DNA of 44,583 nt from a virus (taxonomy: Duplodnaviria > Caudoviricetes). The stretch spans positions 1 to 44,583 of the IMG/VR virus record IMGVR_UViG_3300010371_000017, one strand, 5' to 3'. The number at the start of each line of letters is the position of its first letter. Position 1 is the stretch's first letter. The notes beneath the pieces are model-generated. The model saw only the letters and a list, made by a program, of their open reading frames with translations, did no database searches and was not told the origin of the DNA. The position numbers and the translations under genes were made by a program. Below are positions 1 through 9,593 of the stretch, in pieces.

Positions 1-123
1 GATATATTGAAGAAATCACTACAAGAAATACTAGATCAAGATGATTCATTAATGAAATCACTACTAGAAAAATATCCAGAACTATTACTAGCAAACTATG
101 GACACCAAGAAGAGAAATGACTA
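1..123. repeat. Terminal direct repeat, left copy (circularisation overlap)
   Basis: Bases 1-123 are identical to 44461-44583. A short ORF (VDDILKKSLQEIL...EEK*) starting at 44455 runs through the repeat. Confidence 0.97.
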
Positions 124-302
124 ATCTACCTTTAGGTGCAGGTGTAATGTTTTTGGGTATAGTGGTTCTGTTCTTTTGGGGCTTGTCAATAACAGCAAGT
201 AAGAAATTCACAAAAACAGACATTTATTTCCTAATGGGTGTAATATCTTTATTTTTATTAGGCTACTATCTAATGACTTTGGAGTGTAGACCATATTGTT
301 AG
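117..302 (+). CDS. Small two-TM membrane protein
   Basis: Two hydrophobic stretches; ATGA overlap with the upstream ORF. Confidence 0.6.
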   Translation: MTNLPLGAGVMFLGIVVLFFWGLSITASKKFTKTDIYFLMGVISLFLLGYYLMTLECRPYC

Positions 303-623
303 GTGTTATAAATGACTAGTACTTCACAAGACTTGGCCCTAGCATGTGGTAAGACTGATAATGCTACTGGGATATACCGTAATGTAAAATTATTGATAAA
401 GATGTATGAAAACAACCCACAGAAATTAGATAGATTAATAAAGTCATTCGTGGAGACCTAACATAATGAAGAAGGAGATTACAGTAGAAATTATTGGTTT
501 TTGGTTTGACGCACAAACATTAGAAATTAAAGCAACATTACAACTAGAACTAGCACCACACCAAAGATTATCAACAGAATTAAACATTAGTGAATTACTT
601 TCAATGAGGAAACAGAAAAAGAA

Positions 624-818
624 ATGAAAGTCTATAAGGTTAGTTTTCACTGGCTTGGTAAGGATAGTGGATATGTACATGTAACAGCAGACCATCCAGG
701 TCATGCTATATCAAAGGCCTTGACAGTAGAGAGATCCAAGGGCTGTATGTACAAGGAAGATAATGTAACAAAATCTGAATTTATATGTGAAACAGAGGAA
801 AAACAAAATGACAGTTAA
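624..818 (+). CDS. Hypothetical protein
   Basis: 64-aa ORF in a tightly packed + strand run. Confidence 0.55.
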   Translation: MKVYKVSFHWLGKDSGYVHVTADHPGHAISKALTVERSKGCMYKEDNVTKSEFICETEEKQNDS

Positions 819-1440
819 AGTAGGTATACACCAACCAAATTACATACCTTCCAGGGCCTTCTTTGACAAAATGAAACAATGTGACTATTTTGTATTACTA
901 GATGATGTGCAGTATGAAAAGAATGGATATACAAACCGTAATAGAATAACACATGATGAATGGCTTACTATCCCAGTACATAGAAAACATGACACTCTAA
1001 TCAAAGATGTTGAGATAAGTTATGATGATGTAAACTGGAGAAATAAACACTTGCAGAAATTAACTTCAGTATATGGTAATGAACCAACATTAGAGAATTA
1101 CTGTAAACACTATGATAAGATATTCAGAATCTACAATTATGCCTGGAAGAATCTAATAGGAATAAACCTTGCATGGATAAGAGAAATATGTGATATTTTA
1201 CAAATTAAAACCAACACAACATTTAGTACATCATTTGAAAATGGTCACTTGAAAGGATCAGACAAGATACTAGACATTTGTGAGAGACTTGGAGCAACAC
1301 ACTATATATCAGGCCCAAGTGGTAGAAAATACCTTAACACATTAGACTTTGACAATGCAGGAATTACAATAGAATGGCTACAACCACAACCACCACAATC
1401 TTTAAGTATACTAGATGATATTTTCAGAGGTAAGGTATGA
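808..1440 (+). CDS. WbqC-like family protein (putative glycan aminoacyl/glycyl transferase)
   Basis: Motifs IHQPNYIP, LLDDVQY, NRNRI, WLTIPV, WRNKH and LGATHYISGPSG are typical of WbqC-like proteins. ATG at 808 preferred over the track start at 787. Confidence 0.85.
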   Translation: MTVKVGIHQPNYIPSRAFFDKMKQCDYFVLLDDVQYEKNGYTNRNRITHDEWLTIPVHRKHDTLIKDVEISYDDVNWRNKHLQKLTSVYGNEPTLENYCKHYDKIFRIYNYAWKNLIGINLAWIREICDILQIKTNTTFSTSFENGHLKGSDKILDICERLGATHYISGPSGRKYLNTLDFDNAGITIEWLQPQPPQSLSILDDIFRGKV

Positions 1441-1770
1441 TAGAAGATTTACTACCATTTGCAGAGTTCACATTAGTTTCTATTGGTATATATTATTGTA
1501 TTACTGCAGTAAGAAACCTCGTACATTTATTTAGGATTGATTTAATTGAGTAGACAACAAGATAAAGCAAACGAATTGAGAGAAAAGGCACACTGGCACA
1601 TAACCAAGGCAAGAAAACTACTAGAAAGAGCAGACAGACTATCACCACCAAAGGAAAAGGAACCAATATGAAAACAGAACTTTGCTTTGCATGTGACAAG
1701 ACATGTACAGAACATGTAGACGAGGATGGACACCTATTACTAGGACATCCATTCTCCAGGAGAGATAGTT

Positions 1771-2001
1771 TTGACTGAAGTGTTTATTGTGATGGGATGT
1801 TGGATTGATCTAACAGATCCAGAGCCTAATGTATGGATAAATAACATTTTTAGTACTCAACAACAAGCAGAAGACATAGTTAAAACTCTAAAAGAAGAAA
1901 ACTCAGACTGTTGGTGGGGTTGGTTCAAACGAGAAGTTGATAGTAAAGACAGTGGAATAAGACTAGATACCGAGATAGTAGATATGGAGTTGTTTTGTTA
2001 A
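1771..2001 (+). CDS. Small hypothetical protein (V-F-I-V...I-F-S-T-x-x-x-A-E type)
   Basis: Pattern resembles ORFs at 7160 and 12639. Confidence 0.6.
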   Translation: MTEVFIVMGCWIDLTDPEPNVWINNIFSTQQQAEDIVKTLKEENSDCWWGWFKREVDSKDSGIRLDTEIVDMELFC

Positions 2002-2229
2002 ATGACTGATTACCAACGACTAGGCCAGTTCATAGTAAATTCCATGAGATTCAATAATGTAGAATTTGATCTATTCAATATACCAAACAGAAGCCTATTA
2101 GAACTAATCAAACAATATAGAGAGTATCTTCAGAGTCTACAGTTATGTCCTGACTGTGAATATACTCTTAGACCTGATTTGACTACCAAGTGGTACTGCG
2201 ATAAGTGTGGTTTTGCTCCAAATGAATAG
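2002..2229 (+). CDS. Zn-ribbon protein
   Basis: C-terminal CPDC...WYCDKCG. Confidence 0.65.
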   Translation: MTDYQRLGQFIVNSMRFNNVEFDLFNIPNRSLLELIKQYREYLQSLQLCPDCEYTLRPDLTTKWYCDKCGFAPNE

Positions 2230-2461
2230 AATAAATCTAACTTGGTTATATCAGACCAAAGATTACCTTCATAACAAACTAGATATTGAATTTTCTAATG
2301 AATGGAGATTTATAATAATGGAGTTACACCCATGAATGATGTAGTACCAATCTTCTCATTTAGAGCAGGAGAGGCCCATATATACTATAACCTACTAATC
2401 AAGTGTAATTTACCACTACAAAAAGCAAAGGTTTTAGCACAGAAGGTACAGGAGATAATAG

Positions 2462-3076
2462 ATGATTAAACCAATACTAGAAGGTAAAAGAATCTGCATA
2501 ATTGGAGCACACACTGATGATGTTGAATTGGGAATGGGGGGTACTTTGAATCAAATTAAAGACCTACATCCAGAAGTTATAATCATGTCCAACTCCTATA
2601 CTACCAATCCAGAATGGGATACAGTATCAGAGTGTAGAAACTCATTACATGAGTATGGAATAGAGCCAATAATGATGTCTGAAACAACTAGATATTTTGA
2701 TAGAGACATTGGAGCAATAAGAGATAATCTATTCCTTCTTAGAGACAAGTTTGATGTGTTCTTCACACACTCTAATACATCAATGCACCAAGACCATAGA
2801 GTAATAGGCCAGATAGTAGAGGATATAATGTTTGACAAGACTGTCTTCTGTTTTGAAGACATACACTCAGGTCAGCGTATGCAAGGCCCCTACATGTGGA
2901 ATGAAATATCAGAAGAGGACTTTACAATTAAAAAGAAAGCATTATCACATTATCATAGCCAGAAGAGACGTAGATACTTTGATGATAGATATTTTGACGC
3001 ATTGGTTACTCATAGAGGTAATCAGGTTCATAAACCAATGGCAGAGTGCTTTGAAATTAAGAGGATAGTAACATGA
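2462..3076 (+). CDS. PIG-L/LmbE-family N-acetylhexosamine deacetylase
   Basis: AHTDD..LGMGG and HQDH metal-binding motifs; KKKALSHYHSQ and terminal AECF. Confidence 0.88.
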   Translation: MIKPILEGKRICIIGAHTDDVELGMGGTLNQIKDLHPEVIIMSNSYTTNPEWDTVSECRNSLHEYGIEPIMMSETTRYFDRDIGAIRDNLFLLRDKFDVFFTHSNTSMHQDHRVIGQIVEDIMFDKTVFCFEDIHSGQRMQGPYMWNEISEEDFTIKKKALSHYHSQKRRRYFDDRYFDALVTHRGNQVHKPMAECFEIKRIVT

Positions 3077-3264
3077 TTACAATTAGTGCAGACGCTGTAA
3101 ATATGGCCATTTACTGGATAACAGGAGTTTTTGTTCTTGTTTTATCAGGTCTAATATTTTTTGGAAACATACGAGATAAATGGTGTATCCTTCCTGGCAT
3201 ACCATTTTTCTTTACTTTATATCTAATAGTGAATTATTTTACAGGGTGGATTAATCTTGGGTAG
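3073..3264 (+). CDS. Small two-TM membrane protein
   Basis: Two hydrophobic helices; ATGA overlap with the deacetylase gene. Confidence 0.6.
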   Translation: MITISADAVNMAIYWITGVFVLVLSGLIFFGNIRDKWCILPGIPFFFTLYLIVNYFTGWINLG

Positions 3265-3466
3265 TAGAATCAAACCAAAAGTAATGTGGTGTGCTAGATG
3301 TTGGAGTTATTGTATATCACCACACTTACATATATTCAGACCACTAAAACCAAGTGAAGTACAGGAGAATCAATAAATTGGCTTCAGCACAACTATGTCC
3401 ATACTGTGAGGAACCATTAGAAGATCATGGCCCTGGAGACATGGCAAAATGTTTGAGTAGATTAAA

Positions 3467-4264
3467 ATGAACTACAAATATAATGCTGATGTTTGTGTAT
3501 ACATGCCTGTATTCCAGGAGATGGGCCCACACCTAATAAGAGCATTAGATTCATTCAAGAATTGGGAAGTAAAGAAGGTAATAACAATAGATGGGCCATT
3601 CCCATTATTCGAGCATGATGGTAAAGACAAGTCAGATGATGGAACTAGAGAGATCATACAGTCATACGACAATACCATACTACTAGATACTGGATTCAAC
3701 TTCATGCCAGTAAAGAATAATCTGGCCTTCCATACTGCAGGAAAACTAGGTTTTGACGCATGTTTGATAGTAGGGGCTGACGAATACTTGGAAGGTAACA
3801 TAAACAAACTAACTATACCAATATCAGAACCATTGGCCCAGGTAGCCTTGGAAGAGCATAACCCAACTGGGAAATACAACAAATGGGAGAGCCATAATCC
3901 AAGACTAGTAATCAATCCAATGTTTGTAACCTGTAAGGATGTACATTGGTTCTATTTCTACATGAATGAATTGATAGCCTTTGACCAAGCCCCAATAGTA
4001 GAAGGAATTACCATACATTGTGATGATACACTAAGACCAAAGGAAAGGGATGATAAAATGACTAGATACCAGGATAGGAATGTACCAATAGAGAGATTCA
4101 AAATCAAAAAGAAATACATTGAACAGGCCATCAACGCAGAATATCCACCAATAGTATCTATAACTGGAAGCATGTATTACACATGTGGGTGTATCTGGAG
4201 ACCTGATGGAGTACCACTTAAACAATGTGCGAAACATTTAACTAAGAAGCCAAAATACATGTAG
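3467..4264 (+). CDS. GT-A fold (GT2-like) glycosyltransferase
   Basis: VYMPVF, IDG...SDDGTREII and a GADEYL DxD-like motif; C-terminal CxC...CxxH. Confidence 0.75.
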   Translation: MNYKYNADVCVYMPVFQEMGPHLIRALDSFKNWEVKKVITIDGPFPLFEHDGKDKSDDGTREIIQSYDNTILLDTGFNFMPVKNNLAFHTAGKLGFDACLIVGADEYLEGNINKLTIPISEPLAQVALEEHNPTGKYNKWESHNPRLVINPMFVTCKDVHWFYFYMNELIAFDQAPIVEGITIHCDDTLRPKERDDKMTRYQDRNVPIERFKIKKKYIEQAINAEYPPIVSITGSMYYTCGCIWRPDGVPLKQCAKHLTKKPKYM

Positions 4265-4266
4265 AT

Positions 4267-4593
4267 ATGCCAACAAATAATCCAGAATGTCAACATAAGT
4301 TACATGGAATCAATATCCAAAAGATACTAGATTGGATATTTTATGAAAGAATTGCACTAGGTGGTGATGGTTATAGATTATTCAATTGTATCTATTGGGG
4401 TTACTGGCCTTATGGAGATGGGAAGGCAGTACAACTTACAACTAGAAATGACTACATTACATTAACAGAAAAACAAGTCAAGGATTTGATTATGGTTCTA
4501 AAAGCAAGATTAAACGGCAAGGTTACTGCAACAGGTAATGAACAACTTGGTGACTTTTATCCCGAGGACATGAGAGAGGATGGGTTGAGATGA
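4267..4593 (+). CDS. Hypothetical protein
   Basis: 108-aa ORF in operon context. Confidence 0.6.
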   Translation: MPTNNPECQHKLHGINIQKILDWIFYERIALGGDGYRLFNCIYWGYWPYGDGKAVQLTTRNDYITLTEKQVKDLIMVLKARLNGKVTATGNEQLGDFYPEDMREDGLR

Positions 4594-4756
4594 TTATTCA
4601 AAGTAACTTCAAAACTGAAACCCAATGGTGGGATAAACCTGCCAATCCTTGGTATAGGAGAAAGTATTGTCTAATACATGAAAAATATAGAAATGGTTGT
4701 GGATGTATTCTTTGTAAGAATTGTCTTTATCAAGATTCAAGGGAATGTGATATACT

Positions 4757-4960
4757 TTGACGACAAAAGAATCGCAGTGTTTAGAAGATGATGACTTAAC
4801 TCTCAAGGAAAGTTCTTGGTATTCCATCAATATGACTGAAATCAAGTGCAAACATTGTAAGAATCCGCTATGTAAAACAGAGGTTAAAATCTGTAAGAAG
4901 TCTTGGAAAACTATGTTCCATTACTGCTGTTTTAATTGCTTCCAGAGGCATCACGTTTGA
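4757..4960 (+). CDS. Cys/His-rich Zn-binding protein, paralogue A
   Basis: CKHC..LC...C...HYCCxxC..HH; 39/55 identical (hand alignment) to 12823..13026. Confidence 0.75.
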   Translation: MTTKESQCLEDDDLTLKESSWYSINMTEIKCKHCKNPLCKTEVKICKKSWKTMFHYCCFNCFQRHHV

Positions 4961-5123
4961 TTACAAAAGGAAATGAACGTTAAGACTTTAATTTGGATCT
5001 GTGATGATCCTCATTGTCCTTACAAAGGTACAGACCAAGAAGACGCTAACAATCATTGTATATCTGCTAATCATACGGTTACAAAGTGTAAGATTCTAAG
5101 TTCTCGTTAACAGAGTAACAGAA

Positions 5124-5858
5124 GTGGTTAGAATGAAGATACTACATGTATGGGATCAGGCAGGTGTGGCATGTATCATAGCCAAGTGGCAGAGAAGACT
5201 AGGACATGAAGTACAGGTAATCAAGCCAAAACGTAATGATCAGTATGGATTCCTGGAATACTATAACGAAACAAGGACTGACTTTGGTGGTACAGAATTT
5301 GATGATTTTGCAGTAGACCAGGCCTACAACTATGACCTAATACACTGTCACTCTGTACATGAAATAGCAACAACCATCAAGACGTTATACCCAAACAAAA
5401 AGGTATTCATACACTATCATGGTTCAGACCTGAGAACCAACCCACTAAACGAATATGCAAACAAACTAGTAGACGGTATATTCTATGCTACTAAAGACTT
5501 GGCCAAATACCTTCCAGAGACTGCATTTTACATACCTACAATAGTAGATACAGAGTTATTCTCTTATGGGCCTATTGGATTTAGGGATATGTTACCACTT
5601 ACAAGGAATATGATAAGTGGTATCCCATTACAATATAAAGATACTCCAGATTACTATAGACGGTTCAGAGAGTATAACGATAAGAAGGTAGTACTAGGAG
5701 AAACAATGACAGAACTATCCAAGACTGCATACGAGTGCCTATCACTGGGATTAACAGTAATAGATCACAATAACTCTAAACTGATAGGTTTACCAAAAGA
5801 ACACTGGCCAGAGAATGTAGTAAACCTTATAGACGAGTATTACCAAGGTGTACATTAA
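5124..5858 (+). CDS. GT-B fold (GT4-like) glycosyltransferase
   Basis: MKILHV, LGHEV, DLIHCH, HYHGSD, IPTIVDTELF and ELSKTAYECLSLG (Ex7E-like) motifs. Confidence 0.8.
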   Translation: MVRMKILHVWDQAGVACIIAKWQRRLGHEVQVIKPKRNDQYGFLEYYNETRTDFGGTEFDDFAVDQAYNYDLIHCHSVHEIATTIKTLYPNKKVFIHYHGSDLRTNPLNEYANKLVDGIFYATKDLAKYLPETAFYIPTIVDTELFSYGPIGFRDMLPLTRNMISGIPLQYKDTPDYYRRFREYNDKKVVLGETMTELSKTAYECLSLGLTVIDHNNSKLIGLPKEHWPENVVNLIDEYYQGVH

Positions 5859-6103
5859 TGAAGATAGTACATGAGTTCTTGGGTGGTACTGTTGCAGTTT
5901 ATGAATATGATGATAAAACAGGAGAAAGAATAAGATTTACTCATTATAGATGTTCTACAGATTTTATCATGGATGAATATGAAAGAAATAATTAAAGAAT
6001 CATGCTGGAAGTGTAAAGGCTCAAAGATAGATGAAGATGGTGAGCCAGGATGTGCAGTATGTGGTATACAAAACATAAATAACACCAAACAAAAGAACTA
6101 ACC

Positions 6104-6463
6104 ATGAAGAACCCAGTTAAGAAATCACTAGAATCCACAACTAAAAAGACCAAGAAGCAAAAACTAAAGGAATCAATCAACATATCAGGCCAAGGAATTA
6201 TCCCAGGTATGCCACTAGTACCTCAAATAAGGTGGAATGAGAAGGTAGAACCAATACTAATCAAGATTATAACAGAGTTATATTCAAATCATCTAACATA
6301 CAACGAAATAGACACCATAGTAGGATTAATTAATACAAGAACCTTCATCAATAAGATAGTACCTGAAGCAGTAGGCCAAGTAACTGCAGAACTACAGGCC
6401 ATAGAAGGGGAACTACAAGCAGAAAGAAATAAAAGAAGGAACGAGGCTAGTTACATCAACTGA
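6104..6463 (+). CDS. Hypothetical protein (basic N-terminus, coiled-coil C-terminus)
   Basis: 119-aa ORF. Confidence 0.6.
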   Translation: MKNPVKKSLESTTKKTKKQKLKESINISGQGIIPGMPLVPQIRWNEKVEPILIKIITELYSNHLTYNEIDTIVGLINTRTFINKIVPEAVGQVTAELQAIEGELQAERNKRRNEASYIN

Positions 6464-6587
6464 GTGTGATGGTATATCAAAACTGATGATTACTACGAAA
6501 TCAAAGAACATGAACCATTAGATAATGACTGTATATGTGGTTCATGTTGTAAAGAACTATTGGATATTTTTGTAAGAGGTAAGCCAG

Positions 6588-7163
6588 ATGACAATACTAG
6601 TTAAGTTTGGTGGGCTCGACGTTGCAAATCGTGTCGATAATATGGCCCTATGTGTACTCAAACTAGAGAATGGTATATTTGAAGAGATAGGCAATAAGAC
6701 CTGGCCACATGTGGATTACAATGATATAGCAGAAGACTTGCTAAAGATCCAACGACATGAACGTATGAACGCAATAGGTTTTGATAGGCTAGGCTCAGGT
6801 GAGGTAGTCAAGATGTTCTCAAGAGAATTACCACTAGTACCTATAGTATCATCCATGCAGAACAAACAAGACATGATAGGCCTAGTAAAGGGGTTATTCA
6901 ACAAGAAGAAACTCATAATTCATACACCCAGGCTATACCAGGAGATAATGGAGCAGGAGAAGGTAATTACAGAGGCAGGTAATATCACATATAGACATCC
7001 AAGTGGATTCCATGATGATAGGTTTTGGGCCATGTGTTATGCAGTCAAAGTGGCCAGTAGGTATATCCATAACTTCCCAAGGCCCATGATGGTAGTATCT
7101 AAAAAGCCTCAGACAGAAAGAGATATAGAGAAGCAGTTGGAAAAGGATATGAAGGATATATGA
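6588..7163 (+). CDS. terL: Terminase large subunit, stand-alone RNase H-like nuclease domain
   Basis: GGLDVA..D, GFDRLGSG, KQDMI..VK..F and HDDRFWAMCYA match the TerL C-terminal nuclease; no ATPase domain; lies just upstream of portal. Confidence 0.85.
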   Translation: MTILVKFGGLDVANRVDNMALCVLKLENGIFEEIGNKTWPHVDYNDIAEDLLKIQRHERMNAIGFDRLGSGEVVKMFSRELPLVPIVSSMQNKQDMIGLVKGLFNKKKLIIHTPRLYQEIMEQEKVITEAGNITYRHPSGFHDDRFWAMCYAVKVASRYIHNFPRPMMVVSKKPQTERDIEKQLEKDMKDI

Positions 7164-7345
7164 CACAAATCTACATAGTGGGATGGGCCTCTCAAGGCTT
7201 TGGAAATACACAAGTAGAGATAGTTGCAGTTTATACAAACAAACAGAAAGCAGACCAACTTAGACAGGAACTACAAGATAAACAGAAGGGTGGAATACAG
7301 TTCCTAGAAGAATATGAACTAGATCCAGTGACTGTTAATGTATGA
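7160..7345 (+). CDS. Small hypothetical protein (I-Y-I-V...V-Y-T-N-K-Q-K-A type)
   Basis: ATGA overlap; resembles ORF 1771..2001. Confidence 0.6.
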   Translation: MTQIYIVGWASQGFGNTQVEIVAVYTNKQKADQLRQELQDKQKGGIQFLEEYELDPVTVNV

Positions 7346-7631
7346 TTATCATGTAAGATACTACAATTCCTGGAAGAAGATGATGTTACTTTTAGTGGCA
7401 CTTAACATGATATTAGAAGGCTATATCTATGGCCCTGGCCAATACTAAAACATGTCTCAAATAGATACATGGAAATGGACTGATCTCATATTTTGTGAAT
7501 GTGGGTATCAAGGCCCATTTGGACAACATCAACTAGACCTGGATAAAGGTCTAGTTGCAACAAATGTAGAACATGCTGTACAATTACAGTAGTTCACAAC
7601 CTTTTTATTCTTCTTATTTCTATTACTTAGT

Positions 7632-7732
7632 ACGCCCACCCTTTGTCGAGAGGTGGTATGGAATAGGGAGTGCCGAGACTCAAAGACTCCAAGTCTTACC
7701 CTGGACAGTACACTCCAGGGAAGGCGATTTTT
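7632..7732 (+). ncRNA. Putative structured ncRNA unit 0 (two hairpins plus H-type pseudoknot)
   Basis: About 56% GC by hand count. Pairings: CGCC/GGCG ends, CCACC/GGTGG, GGAGT(7667-71)/ACTCC(7686-90) crossed by GAGACT(7675-80)/AGTCTT(7692-97), CCCTGGA/TCCAGGG. T-rich element upstream and T-tract downstream. Confidence 0.55.
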
Positions 7733-7753
7733 ACTACTATTACTAGGGTTAAA

Positions 7754-7787
7754 CATAACATAGTTGTTATATAACATACCTGTTATG
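7754..7787. promoter_or_regulatory. Tandem dyad operator overlapping a TATA box
   Basis: ATAACA-N4-TGTTAT twice in tandem (7755-7770, 7771-7786); the junction spells TTATATAA, 20 nt before the ATG at 7795. Confidence 0.55.
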
Positions 7788-7794
7788 ATGTTGT

Positions 7795-7911
7795 ATGAAT
7801 GGTAGAATATTTCCATTTTATGTTGGCCCTGCAAAATATGATATACCTGCAGGGATTGATATAGAACAAAGACTAACTAGACTGTACAGCCAACAACTTC
7901 CTACAGTCTAA
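7795..7911 (+). CDS. 38-aa microprotein MNGRIFPFYVGPAKYDIPAGIDIEQRLTRLYSQQLPTV
   Basis: Below the track cutoff; TATA box upstream and T-tract after the stop. Confidence 0.45.
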   Translation: MNGRIFPFYVGPAKYDIPAGIDIEQRLTRLYSQQLPTV

Positions 7912-7958
7912 CTCTTTTTATTTAATCTTTAATAACGTAGCCAAGGCTATACTATGTT

Positions 7959-9593
7959 ATGGGCCAAGTCAAAACTCGCAAGGAAAGAGCCTCTAAACCT
8001 GTTTTAATTGCCGATAATGGTCAAAAACTAGCAAAAAAGGATTATGCAACACCCAAGTTCGCAGTATCCACTCGTAGCACTACTCGTAAATATGTCACGA
8101 ACAACTGGCGTAAGATGGATGGCCAATCAATGGATTTTCAAGGTATTCAAGTATTTGCTCCAGTAGATCCATATACATACTCTGAAAGAAAAGACTTTAG
8201 AAGTGCTATGGATAATTCATACGTCTATAGAGGATGTCGTATCCACACTACCATGGTAGCAGGTCAGGGATATACTACAAGTGTAGTACCACGTAAAGAA
8301 GAAGAACTACCTGAAGACCAGGAAGAGATGTGGGCCCAATCTACTAGACTACCTGTACCATATTGGGATGATAAAGAATTTACTCCAGAGCAAATCAAGG
8401 ACTGGGTAGACAAACTCTGTATGGATTTAGACTTGCAGAATAATGTTTTCAATGCATATTTCCTGGCCCTGGAACAAGGAAGATGTGTACTTGCTATCAC
8501 ACCATTGGATAAAGATCCAGACAAAACAAAAACAGTAAGATGGCAAATCCCAAGAGGTATCAGACTAATCAGGCCAGAGTTTACCATTAGGCCACTAATT
8601 GATGATAATACTGCAGAACTAAAAGGATGTCAAGTAGTTGGGGCCTATACTGAAGAAAACAGTTCAGCAATAGACGCAGAACGTATGTTGTATATCATGC
8701 ATGGATTCAACAATGAATTATTCTCTGATTACTATGGAGATTCCAAAGTGGCCAGAATATCAGATATTGCCAACACACTAAACGTTATACTCAATCAGGA
8801 TTATCCCAATACGGCCAAGTCAGCATGGTACAAACCACCAATTTATTCAGTACCAATACCACCACAAGAATTTGGTAATGAACAATCAATACTAACACAA
8901 TTTGCAAACCAGGCCAATGAATCAGAAGGTAGAGCAGTTGCAGTCACTGGCCCAAGTAACAAGGATGAAGTAGGTATCACTGTACTATCAGGTGATAACG
9001 CACATGCAGATGTAGGTGGCCTTGAAACAATTAGAACAGGCCTGATTAAATCTATAATCACAGCCTTTGGTATTCCAGGCTTTATGTTATCAGAAGGAGA
9101 TATTGGCTCATTATCAGGTAACTCAAACATAGAAGAGATTGATATGTACATCAATACAGAAATCAGGCCAGAGAGAATCATACTAGAACGTGTAATAGAA
9201 TCACAACTCTATGATAGAATACTACAGATATTATTCCAGGTAGATGATACAAACAAACTACCAATTAAAATCAAACACAAGTTCAACAAGCCTAAATTGT
9301 TTACCATGATTGATCCTGCACTATACAATGAGATGAAGGATATGGTAGCAACAGGCATAATAGATGAAAGTGGTATGAGAGAGTTCTTGGGTGTAGAAGA
9401 ACTTAACAAGGATACACTATCAAAGGGCCAGGATACAGATCCAAACTTGAACAGATGGAGACCTGACTGGCAATCCCCAGTACAAATTAACATGTGGCCA
9501 ACTAAGGATGGACAACTATCTACTACAGTATCACCCTGGGGTAAATTACCTAAACCTGAACCACAAAAGACTGCAAGGAGTAAGAAGAAGTAA
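7959..9593 (+). CDS. Portal protein
   Basis: 544 aa, follows the TerL nuclease; I..AFGIPGFML.....GN......YI..EIRP....LE pattern of the portal core. Confidence 0.82.
   Translation: MGQVKTRKERASKPVLIADNGQKLAKKDYATPKFAVSTRSTTRKYVTNNWRKMDGQSMDFQGIQVFAPVDPYTYSERKDFRSAMDNSYVYRGCRIHTTMVAGQGYTTSVVPRKEEELPEDQEEMWAQSTRLPVPYWDDKEFTPEQIKDWVDKLCMDLDLQNNVFNAYFLALEQGRCVLAITPLDKDPDKTKTVRWQIPRGIRLIRPEFTIRPLIDDNTAELKGCQVVGAYTEENSSAIDAERMLYIMHGFNNELFSDYYGDSKVARISDIANTLNVILNQDYPNTAKSAWYKPPIYSVPIPPQEFGNEQSILTQFANQANESEGRAVAVTGPSNKDEVGITVLSGDNAHADVGGLETIRTGLIKSIITAFGIPGFMLSEGDIGSLSGNSNIEEIDMYINTEIRPERIILERVIESQLYDRILQILFQVDDTNKLPIKIKHKFNKPKLFTMIDPALYNEMKDMVATGIIDESGMREFLGVEELNKDTLSKGQDTDPNLNRWRPDWQSPVQINMWPTKDGQLSTTVSPWGKLPKPEPQKTARSKKK

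Noticed and set aside
1-123. Biological terminal repeat
   Set aside because: The exact overlap cuts through ORFs, which is more consistent with an assembly overlap of a circular or permuted genome.
7820-7912. Additional ncRNA from hairpins CCCTGCA/TGCAGGG and TAGACTGTA/TACAGTCTA
   Set aside because: Both lie inside a promoter-preceded 38-aa ORF; coding or mRNA structure is the simpler explanation, though an RNA role is not excluded.
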